Shown here in pieces: positions 56,485 to 64,000 of a stretch of 64,000 nucleotides of DNA. This stretch comes from Dehalococcoidia bacterium. Its GTDB lineage: Bacteria > Chloroflexota > Dehalococcoidia > Bin125. The stretch covers positions 235-64,234 of the forward strand of contig JAJDZG010000129.1 of assembly GCA_022824765.1 (NCBI GenBank), in the 5' to 3' direction. Numbering within the stretch: position 1 is the stretch's first letter; every line of letters begins with the position of its first letter. Made by a program: the position numbers and the translations under genes. A model generated the notes under the pieces. The model was not told the DNA's origin, searched no databases, and saw only the letters and a list, made by a program, of their open reading frames with translations.

Positions 56485-57837
56485 CTAGCCGCCGGCCTCA
56501 ATCAGTTCAGCGAGTTTACTCGGGATCACCGCCGACTCAGGCGGTCGCGGCACCGTCTGTAGCCACGCGTAGATGTCCGCCACATCCTCGTCCGACACCT
56601 GGTCCGGCGGGAACGCGGTCATCGCCTCCAGCGGCTCGCGGTACTGCGTGATCACCCGGTCCGGCGGCACGATCGTCTGCGCGATCGTCGGGCCCACCAG
56701 ACCCTCACCGCTGTCACCGTGACAGACGTTGCAGCCGAGCGAGAAGAACAGGCTCTGCCCGTTCGTCGCGTTACCCAAAGCGCCCTCTTCCTGCTCGACC
56801 TCTTCCTCGCCGCCGAAGTCACCCTCAATCGGTTCGGGAGCCGAGCCAGCCTTGTCCGCAAACCAGGCCTCATAGTCCGCCGGTTCGAGTGCGCGCACCG
56901 TGTAGATCATCCGCGCGTGGTCGCGACCGCAGAACTCAGCGCACTGGCTGGCAAAGTCGCCTGCCTCGGTGATTCGAACCCACAGCGTCTGCACGCGGCC
57001 CGGTACCGCGTCAAGCTTCGTCAGGAACTGCGGCGTGTAGAACGCGTGCAACACGTCGGCCGAGGCAATGTTGAAGCGAATCATCGGACCCACCGGCACC
57101 GTCACAATCGGCGTGTTGTCGGCCTGCTGCAAGCGACCCTCGGCAACCGTGTCGGTACCGTTGAACGAACGCATCACCTCGCTGCCCGCAGCATGGCGAA
57201 TCGGGACCGTCCCGTTGACCGCACGCTCGACCGTCACCACGTCGCCCGTGCGAGCGACCACCCGCATGTGCTCGACGCCCAGCTTGAGCGTCATGAAGGG
57301 CACGACCAGCGACGGATCCTCGAGCACGATCTCCGTGTCAGCCGGATTCTCGGACACCGCCTCGGCCAGATCGGTACCCAACGGCACCGCGTAGTTGAAG
57401 GCCCACGCCCACTGCCGACCCTGAACATCGACGACCACCGTCTCCTCGTCCGGATCCGCGGCCGCCTGAATGTCCTGCAGGACAAAGAAGGAAATGATGA
57501 ACAGCGCGATCACGATCACCGTCGGGATGCCCGTCCACAGGATCTCGGCCGTGGCGTTGTGGCCGACCTGCGTCGGCAGCTCGTCGTCGCTCTTGCGCTT
57601 GTAGCGGAACACGACCCAGAGAATCATCGCTTCCACGATGATGAAGACCGCCACCCCGATGCCAAACACGACGAAGTACAGCGCACGGATCGAGTCGCCC
57701 TGCTCAGAGACGGCCTCGGGCAGCGCAACCTGAGCCGCGGCGAGACCGGTCAGCGCCAGCAGCGCGATCGCGGCCGCGCCCATGACCAGCGTCAACCGCC
57801 CCCATCGGGTTCGCCACAGCCGTTGATGTGCCCTCAC
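56485..57837 (-). CDS. ctaC: Cytochrome c oxidase subunit II fused to a C-terminal cytochrome c domain (caa3-type), with an insertion of about 85 aa in the cupredoxin domain
   Basis: CuA site CAEFCGRDHARM. C-terminal heme-c motif CNVCHG. Signal sequence plus 2 TM. The GTG at 57837 is preceded by AAGGGAG with a 7-nt spacer; the ORF-track TTG start at 57882 has no RBS. Confidence 0.85.
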   Translation of the reverse strand: MRAHQRLWRTRWGRLTLVMGAAAIALLALTGLAAAQVALPEAVSEQGDSIRALYFVVFGIGVAVFIIVEAMILWVVFRYKRKSDDELPTQVGHNATAEILWTGIPTVIVIALFIISFFVLQDIQAAADPDEETVVVDVQGRQWAWAFNYAVPLGTDLAEAVSENPADTEIVLEDPSLVVPFMTLKLGVEHMRVVARTGDVVTVERAVNGTVPIRHAAGSEVMRSFNGTDTVAEGRLQQADNTPIVTVPVGPMIRFNIASADVLHAFYTPQFLTKLDAVPGRVQTLWVRITEAGDFASQCAEFCGRDHARMIYTVRALEPADYEAWFADKAGSAPEPIEGDFGGEEEVEQEEGALGNATNGQSLFFSLGCNVCHGDSGEGLVGPTIAQTIVPPDRVITQYREPLEAMTAFPPDQVSDEDVADIYAWLQTVPRPPESAVIPSKLAELIEAGG

Positions 57838-57883
57838 GCGCCCGCTCCCTTCGCTCCCGGTCTGACGTTCCAGTCCGGGCAAA

Positions 57884-59068
57884 TCAGCCTGCGCCGTCCG
57901 CGCCGTCCATCAACGGCGCATCCGACACATGCTCGTCCCCGTGTGCTTCGTGATCATCGTGCTCGGGCTCCTCGAAGTAGCGGATGTCCTCGAGGAACCA
58001 GCCCACGCCGCCAAACACGATCAGTGTGATACCCGCGCCCAACACCTGGTCGGTGAAGACCGCTCCAGCCGCGGTCATGATCAGCCCGACCGCGAACACC
58101 AGCGGCGAGATGCTCGGCGGCGGCATGTGGATGCCTGGCGGCGGCGGCGCAACTCCAGGCATCACCTGCAGCGGATTCTGCCGATACTCCGCCGGCCCGC
58201 CCGCCTCGAAGTAGCCCATGTCCTCGAGGAACCAGCGCACCGCCGAGAGCACGATCAGCGTGATCCCGACACTCAGCAGCTGTCCCACGAAGACCGCGCC
58301 CGCGGCCAGCATGATCAATCCCAAGGCAAACAGCACCGGCGCCAGGCTGGGCGGCGGCAGATGAGATTCAGGCGTGTCGTGGCCGCCGTGACCATGTGCG
58401 TCATCCAGACCAGACGGCAGGGCCAGCGTCGCCGACGGCTGCGGGGCCGGTGCCGCCAACGCGGGCACGTCCCCGCTGCGAGACGCCGGCAACGGTTGCA
58501 GGTAACCGTCGGCGATCACCTTGCGCTCGTCGCGATACGCCATCGGACGCAGCGCCGGCGGCAGCAAACCAGCGATCGGCTTGAACAGGTCAGGCCCGCT
58601 GTAGGCCTCCTGCAGGTCGAGCCCGAAACTGGAAGGCCGCTGACGGTACGTCACCAACTTGTGCAGCTTGATCCCATTGATCCGGCAGAGCCGAATCGCG
58701 CGGCCGCTCTGACCCATCGGCACGTACAGCACCAGCGGTCCCGCCGCGGCCAACGGCTTCCAACGCTCTGCAGCCGTCTCCTGGTTGACCTCGTGCGTCA
58801 GCGCCAACTCGCCCGAGAGCGCGATGAAGTGGCCCGGCTCGTCCGTCACCACGATGTCCGGGTAAATCCAGCCCGCGTTGCGGACGCGGACACCCATCTG
58901 CTCGGCCGGGAAGTTGACCGTCACTTCGCGATCAGGGAACTCGTCGTTGGGATAGCCGTAGCTCGCCTCAGCGATCTGCTGAAGCACCGAATGCCGCTTC
59001 TGCCTCGCCGACTCCAGCGTGGGCATGGCCGTCAGTTCTCCCCGCTCGTAGACCGCGTTCGCATACAT
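57884..59068 (-). CDS. Uncharacterised membrane protein leading the caa3 operon: an N-terminal soluble domain of about 190 aa plus two tandem copies of a 2-TM module ending in WFLEDxxYFE
   Basis: Repeats PPSLAPVLFALGLIMLAAGAVFVGQLLSVGITLIVLSAVRWFLEDMGYFE and PPSISPLVFAVGLIMTAAGAVFTDQVLGAGITLIVFGGVGWFLEDIRYFEE are about 75% identical. The gene is co-directional and 46 nt upstream of ctaC. The start is uncertain (ATG 59068 or 59026). Confidence 0.55.
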   Translation of the reverse strand: MYANAVYERGELTAMPTLESARQKRHSVLQQIAEASYGYPNDEFPDREVTVNFPAEQMGVRVRNAGWIYPDIVVTDEPGHFIALSGELALTHEVNQETAAERWKPLAAAGPLVLYVPMGQSGRAIRLCRINGIKLHKLVTYRQRPSSFGLDLQEAYSGPDLFKPIAGLLPPALRPMAYRDERKVIADGYLQPLPASRSGDVPALAAPAPQPSATLALPSGLDDAHGHGGHDTPESHLPPPSLAPVLFALGLIMLAAGAVFVGQLLSVGITLIVLSAVRWFLEDMGYFEAGGPAEYRQNPLQVMPGVAPPPPGIHMPPPSISPLVFAVGLIMTAAGAVFTDQVLGAGITLIVFGGVGWFLEDIRYFEEPEHDDHEAHGDEHVSDAPLMDGADGAG

Positions 59069-59121
59069 CGGCGTACACGCTGCGGTCGATCTCCGATCCT
59101 AACCCAGCCCTGGCACACGGG

Positions 59122-60318
59122 CTATCCCCCGCGTGACCTGCGCGCACTGTCGACCGAGCGGCCCGGCTGATTGATCGGGATGTAACGCGGCCGATAGATC
59201 GCCACCCCGCGCCCGTTGCGGGCCCGAGTGCGCTCGTCCACGATCTGCGCGCCGATCCCCGCAATCCGCGACCATCCGAACAGCGTCGTGTAGTAGTCAG
59301 GATCCGTGAATCCCAGCGCATTCACCAAACTGCCCGAAATCAGGTCCACATTCGGGTACGGATTCGACACCTTCGGGTTCTCCGAAAGCACGCGGATGCC
59401 AGCCTCGCGCACCGCCTTCACCACCTTGAACCAGTGGTCGTCGGGGCAGAGTTCCTCGCCCACGCCCAGCTGGACCTTGGCCCGCGGGTCCTCCTGGCGC
59501 AGCACGGCGTGGCCGAAACCAAAGATCAGGCCGCCAGCGGCCAACCGCTGCTTGAGGATGCCGTAGGCCTCATCCGAATCCTCCGTGTTGACCTCGTGCA
59601 CCATCTTGAAGGCGTCCTGATTGGCCATCCCGTGACGCGGCCCGGCCAACGCGTTCATCCCCGATGCCATCGATCGGTACATGTCCGCCAGACCCGAAGC
59701 CACCGCGCGGCCCGTGAATGTCGAAAGATTGCCCCCGCCGTGGTCCGCGTGCAGGTTGTAGTAAACCGACAACAGCCGCGTCAACGCCGCCTCGTCGCCG
59801 CCCGGCATGCCCAGCATGTGGACAAAGTTGTTCACGTACCCCCGCGACGGCTCCGACGGAATCAGATCGCCCCAACCCTCGCGCAGACGGAAGATCGCCG
59901 CCAACGCCGTCGGTATCCGCGCGACGAGGTTCAGCGCATCCTCGTAGTAGTCATCTGTCTTGCCCGTCATGCCCAGAATCTGAATCGCCGCGCAGAACAG
60001 ATCCATCGGATGACCCGACATCGGCATCGCGGCAATCGCCGACATCGTCTCCTCAGACACCTCTGAGCGCTCGGCGACGTCGTCGATCACCCCCTGACGC
60101 TCCGCGTCTGTCGGCAGCTCCTTGTTGAACAGCAGGTGAATGATGTCCTCAGCCTGCAGGAACGCCAACTCGGCAATCGGGTAACCCACGTAGGAGACAC
60201 CCTCCTGCGGATCGACATAGCTGGTCTCGCACGTGCCCACGGGATAACCGCGCAGGCCCGTATCGAGATGGTCGTTGGTGATCGTGAACTCGATGGTCGG
60301 AATCTCAGACACGGGCAT
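59122..60318 (-). CDS. Citrate synthase family protein
   Basis: GFGHAVL (citrate synthase GFGHxVY motif) and the LSVYYNLHADHGGGN region. The internal ATG at 60318 (MPVSEIPTIEF...) is preferred over the Arg-rich N-terminal ORF extension. Confidence 0.8.
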   Translation of the reverse strand: MPVSEIPTIEFTITNDHLDTGLRGYPVGTCETSYVDPQEGVSYVGYPIAELAFLQAEDIIHLLFNKELPTDAERQGVIDDVAERSEVSEETMSAIAAMPMSGHPMDLFCAAIQILGMTGKTDDYYEDALNLVARIPTALAAIFRLREGWGDLIPSEPSRGYVNNFVHMLGMPGGDEAALTRLLSVYYNLHADHGGGNLSTFTGRAVASGLADMYRSMASGMNALAGPRHGMANQDAFKMVHEVNTEDSDEAYGILKQRLAAGGLIFGFGHAVLRQEDPRAKVQLGVGEELCPDDHWFKVVKAVREAGIRVLSENPKVSNPYPNVDLISGSLVNALGFTDPDYYTTLFGWSRIAGIGAQIVDERTRARNGRGVAIYRPRYIPINQPGRSVDSARRSRGG

Positions 60319-60400
60319 CGCTTTCCCCGCGCGCACCCTGAAGTGATGGTTGACGCCAGTTCCCCGTGCGCGGGAGACCCGGCCCAGCTCGCTCGTTCGT

Positions 60401-61474
60401 CTACGCGTTCTGTCTCGCCTCGGTCGGCGGCGCCGCCGCCACCGAGACCAACTTGAACCGCTTGCGGCCACTCGGCGCGTCGATCTCGATCACGCGGTTG
60501 GCTTGCTGGTCCAGCAAGCCGCGACCGAGCGGGCTGTCGACCGATATTCGCCGCTCCGCCGCGTTCGCTTGAGTGGTTCCGACCAGAGTGTACTCCTTGG
60601 ACTGCCCCTGCTCGGCACCCTCCGAGTCGACCACCACCACCGTCACCAGGCTGCCGATCTGCGCGCGGCCCGTGTCCGCCGCTTCCCGCACCACCGCGCG
60701 GTCGATCTGATACCGCAGCTCGTCAATCCGCGAGCTCAGCCGCTCCTGCTGTTCGCGCGCCGCCTCGAGCGGAGCGTTCTCGCGGATGTCTTTATCTTCG
60801 CGCGCCGCCGCGACCGCCTGGATCAGGTCCGGCATCCGCGCCTCAGCCTCGCTCAGCTCGCGCTTCAGATGCTCCAGACCCTCCGCCGTCATCTCGAACG
60901 TCTCGGCCTCCTCGTGCGTGAAGTTGCCCGTCGTCCGCACCCCGCCCGCAGACCGCTTGATCTTCAGGTGGTTGCCCAGATTCTGCTCGCACCATTCGCG
61001 TTCCTTCCAGCAATAGCGAAGGAACTCCTTGACCGGGCGCAGCTTCGACTCGAGGTCGGTCGTGTTGTCGCCCATGATCTGCTGGAACCGCTCGATCCCG
61101 TTCGGGTTCAGCTCCACAATCGGCGTCGCGGGACCGACGTGCGAGAGAAACCGGTTGATCGCCTGGCGCGCCCCCTCGTCGAGCTCGAACACCGTCCGCT
61201 TGGCCGGCACCGCTCGAGACGACGTCTTGCGATTCTTGCGCTTCGCCTCCCGCGCCTCTTCCCACATGAAGTACTCGGTCACCGCCTGATCCAGGGTGAC
61301 CGCGGACGCAGACGCGCCGTTGCCGCTCTCCACGGAACGATCAGCAACCGCCACCGACGACGGACGCTCGACGACGTCGCCCGCGACTACATCGACATCA
61401 TCGCCGTCCTCGTCCACGATGTCCTCAACCGCAGTCTCGGCCTCATCCATGCGCGCATCGTCAGACAATCCCAT
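60401..61474 (-). CDS. GreA/GreB-family transcription elongation factor-like protein with an N-terminal extension of about 200 aa
   Basis: C-terminal region MPDLIQAVAAAREDKDIRENAPLEAAREQQERLSSRIDELRYQI...ISVDSPLGRGLLDQQANRVIEIDAPSGRKRFKLVSV matches the GreA coiled-coil plus FKBP-like domain. GGGAGG lies 6 nt before the ATG at 61474. Confidence 0.7.
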   Translation of the reverse strand: MGLSDDARMDEAETAVEDIVDEDGDDVDVVAGDVVERPSSVAVADRSVESGNGASASAVTLDQAVTEYFMWEEAREAKRKNRKTSSRAVPAKRTVFELDEGARQAINRFLSHVGPATPIVELNPNGIERFQQIMGDNTTDLESKLRPVKEFLRYCWKEREWCEQNLGNHLKIKRSAGGVRTTGNFTHEEAETFEMTAEGLEHLKRELSEAEARMPDLIQAVAAAREDKDIRENAPLEAAREQQERLSSRIDELRYQIDRAVVREAADTGRAQIGSLVTVVVVDSEGAEQGQSKEYTLVGTTQANAAERRISVDSPLGRGLLDQQANRVIEIDAPSGRKRFKLVSVAAAPPTEARQNA

Positions 61475-61638
61475 GCGAGACCTCCCACTTTGGTCGAAAC
61501 TGCCGCCGGTCTCGACGGCCCATGCCGCAGACACCCAAGCACCGCAGAGCCCGTCTCGACTCCGCCACCTCTTATCTTACTCCCTATCGAGCGGGAATCC
61601 GTACTCCAGCACCTCGCAATCTGGCAAGTCGGAATCTG

Positions 61639-62385
61639 ATGGACCAACGCCGCATCCAGCACGCCCTCGACGCAGCCGGCCTGACCTATCTGGCAGACCT
61701 CAACCCGCACATCGCCGCCCAGCTGCAAACGTGGCTACGGATGCTCGCCCGCTCCGACCGCAACCTGACGGCGATCCGAGACGCCGAGGCCGCGCTCCAC
61801 AAACACGTCGTCGAGCCGCTCGTCGGACGCCACCAGCTGATCGCGGCCGATCTGCCCGTCCCCCACGGACCGATGATCGATATCGGCAGCGGCAACGGAT
61901 CGCCCGGCTTGCCAATCGCGCTATGTGAACCAACGCGTCCCGCCCTGCTGCTCGACGCTCGATCCGGCGCGGCCTCGTTTCTCAGCGAAGTGACAGCCGC
62001 GATCGGCGCGGAACAGATCAGCGTTCACTGTGGTCGCGCCGAGCAGGTCGCCCACTCTAAACAGCGCGAGACTTTCGCCCTGGCGGTCAGTCGCGCCGCC
62101 GCGCCGCCGCCAGCCGCCCTGGAGCTGACCCTGCCCTTCCTGCAAGTTGGCGGCGTTGCCGCAATCTGGACCGGGCCGCTCTCGACCGATGCCCTCTGCG
62201 TCTGCGCCGACACGGCCACGACCCTCGGCGCGGTGCTGACGCCGATCCACTCCTCCCACACCGAACACCACCGCATCCTGGTCGCGACCAAACAGCACCA
62301 CACCGACGCGCAGTTTCCTCGCCGCTGGAACCAGATCCGACGCGGACCGCCAGCCCCCATCTTCCCGGACGCACGGAAACCCTAG
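61639..62385 (+). CDS. rsmG: 16S rRNA (guanine527-N7)-methyltransferase
   Basis: DIGSGNGSPGLPIA is the SAM-binding motif, with a GidB-like N-terminus (IQHALDAAGL...LQTWLRML). The ATG at 61639 is preferred over the long N-terminal ORF extension. Confidence 0.75.
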   Translation: MDQRRIQHALDAAGLTYLADLNPHIAAQLQTWLRMLARSDRNLTAIRDAEAALHKHVVEPLVGRHQLIAADLPVPHGPMIDIGSGNGSPGLPIALCEPTRPALLLDARSGAASFLSEVTAAIGAEQISVHCGRAEQVAHSKQRETFALAVSRAAAPPPAALELTLPFLQVGGVAAIWTGPLSTDALCVCADTATTLGAVLTPIHSSHTEHHRILVATKQHHTDAQFPRRWNQIRRGPPAPIFPDARKP

Positions 62386-62394
62386 CCTGCGCTC

Positions 62395-63867
62395 ATGTCC
62401 GACGCCTCCACAACAGCACCCCGCCTTGACCCATCGCGCTACCAGCGCAACCTGCGCGTCTACTACCTGTTCATGGGCTCCACCGGATTCATGGTCTTCC
62501 TGCCCATCTGGATCATCTATCTGCTCAATCACCGCGGACTATCGCTGACCGAGGTCGGCGTCTTCGAGTCGTTCTTCTTCCTCACCGTCATCCTTGGCGA
62601 GGTGCCCACGGGCGCCGTCGCCGACCGCTTCGGACGCCGCATCTCGCTCGCGCTCGGCGCAATCCTCTTCGCCGTCTCAATCGCCATCTTCGCCCAGGCA
62701 GACGACTTCGCCATCCTGCTCGGCTCCTACCTGGTCATGGGACTCGCGATGACCCTCTACTCCGGAGCCTCGGAAGCGTTGCTCTACGACACCCTGCGCG
62801 TGCTCGGACGTACCAACGAGTACGAGCGCCACAGCGGACGCTCGCACGGGCTCTTCTGGCTGATGATGGTGCTCGCCACCATCATCGGCGGACCGCTCAG
62901 CTACGTGCTCGGCTACTCCACGGCGATCACCATCTCCTGCGCCTTCTTCCTCGTCGCCGCCGTCGCGGCCCTGCTCTTGCGCGAGCCGCCCCGTCGCGAG
63001 TCTGACTTCCCCATCGATCCGCTCCACGCGCCGCCCGCTGGTCTGCACACCGCGCCCGACACCGAAGGCACCCTCCCTCCCCCAATCAAGCAGTCCGACG
63101 GCTTCCCGATCCTCAACGAAATGATGGAGGGCTTCCGCATCGTCTGGCGGCTCCGCCCGGTCCGCTACCTCGTGCCCTTCGCCGCCGTCCTGATCGCCCT
63201 CTACGACATGCCCCGCTTCCTCACCCAGCCCTACGTTGCCGGGCACGGACTCGACCCACTCGACAGCGCCGCCGACGGATTCATCTGGTCAGCCTTGATG
63301 ATCCCCGCCTATCTCGGCACCATGATCGGCATGCTCAGCGCCGAATCCCTGATGACCCGCTTCGGACCGCGACGTTCCTTCCCGCTGATCCTCATCTGGG
63401 GCGCCGTCTTCATGGTGCCCCTGCTGATCTGGAACCATCTCGGACTGCTCGGCGCGATCTTCATGATCTCCATCGCCCAGGCCGCCATTCGACCCATCGC
63501 CACCGGTTACATCAACCGACGCATCACCTCCGATCAACGCGCCACCGTCCTGTCCATCTTCGCCCTCGTCGGCGGCGGCGCGATGAGCATCATCCTGCTC
63601 ACCATCGTGCCCTTCGCCGACGCCGTCTCCTTCTCCGCCGCCTTTGGACTCGACCTGATCGCCGCGCTCACCCTCGGCGTCCTGCTCTGGCTCCTCTGGC
63701 GCGCCGCCCACCGCCGTGACCAGGCCGAACGCATCCGCCGCTGGTCGATGTCGATCCACAAGCCCCAGGCGCTCCACCGCCCTGCAGCCAACGGCGCCTC
63801 CGCAAACGGCACCGAGCAGGCACCGCGCCGCTCCACTGTGTACCGAAATGTGCAGAACACCGACTAA
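62395..63867 (+). CDS. MFS transporter
   Basis: 12 to 14 predicted TM segments and the GxVADRFGRR motif (MFS signature between TM2 and TM3). Confidence 0.85.
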   Translation: MSDASTTAPRLDPSRYQRNLRVYYLFMGSTGFMVFLPIWIIYLLNHRGLSLTEVGVFESFFFLTVILGEVPTGAVADRFGRRISLALGAILFAVSIAIFAQADDFAILLGSYLVMGLAMTLYSGASEALLYDTLRVLGRTNEYERHSGRSHGLFWLMMVLATIIGGPLSYVLGYSTAITISCAFFLVAAVAALLLREPPRRESDFPIDPLHAPPAGLHTAPDTEGTLPPPIKQSDGFPILNEMMEGFRIVWRLRPVRYLVPFAAVLIALYDMPRFLTQPYVAGHGLDPLDSAADGFIWSALMIPAYLGTMIGMLSAESLMTRFGPRRSFPLILIWGAVFMVPLLIWNHLGLLGAIFMISIAQAAIRPIATGYINRRITSDQRATVLSIFALVGGGAMSIILLTIVPFADAVSFSAAFGLDLIAALTLGVLLWLLWRAAHRRDQAERIRRWSMSIHKPQALHRPAANGASANGTEQAPRRSTVYRNVQNTD

Positions 63868-64000
63868 CCACCACCTGATCGACTTCCCCGTTTGACACGA
63901 CCGCCCCGATCATCCCTACGATCTCTGCATCGCCCTCGTCACTTCCGCACTACCCTCACTCGTTCGACAACCCGTCGCGATGGCAACGGCCCATGATCCA

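Noticed and set aside
57929-59170. 413-aa ORF on the + strand
   Set aside because: Antisense to the membrane-protein gene upstream of ctaC. Arg-rich.

Overview
High-GC (~68%) bacterial chromosomal window, probably an F420-using actinobacterium or Chloroflexi-type organism, inferred from three LLM-class oxidoreductases, a PAC2-family gene and a caa3-type oxidase. The window is gene-dense on both strands. Main blocks, in order: (1) a HicB-like antitoxin and an LLM oxidoreductase; (2) a branched-chain-amino-acid-type ABC uptake system with three consecutive substrate-binding lipoprotein genes, the first being an internally duplicated two-domain binding protein, facing a convergent livG-livF-livH-livM set; (3) a HIT-family gene and gpmA; (4) an LLM oxidoreductase and a CitE/HpcH-like lyase flanked by a family of short tandem hairpin repeats; (5) a P-type ATPase next to a Znu/Mnt-type metal ABC importer; (6) two tandem paralogous MFE-2-like SDR genes, a VapBC toxin-antitoxin pair, a VOC-family gene, an HpaB-family gene, an APH-like kinase and an M23 peptidase; (7) a cupin gene followed by an unusual sigma-70-region-2 / anti-sigma (RskA-like) fusion; (8) an acyl-CoA dehydrogenase, a frameshifted glutamate dehydrogenase, an HhH-GPD gene, a decayed HEPN/MNT module, an LLM oxidoreductase, a frameshifted PAC2 gene, an MBL hydrolase, three MaoC hot-dog hydratases, tldD/pmbA and a CaiB CoA-transferase; (9) LysM and LysM-M23 wall proteins, a crotonase, nadE and an ABC-2 exporter; (10) a complete caa3-type cytochrome oxidase operon (ctaC-D-E-G-A-B) led by an uncharacterised membrane protein with an internally duplicated 2-TM module; (11) citrate synthase, an N-terminally extended GreA-like factor, rsmG and an MFS transporter. 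No rRNA, tRNA or CRISPR arrays were seen. All calls rest on reading the six-frame translations and recalling known motifs; nothing was searched against a database.
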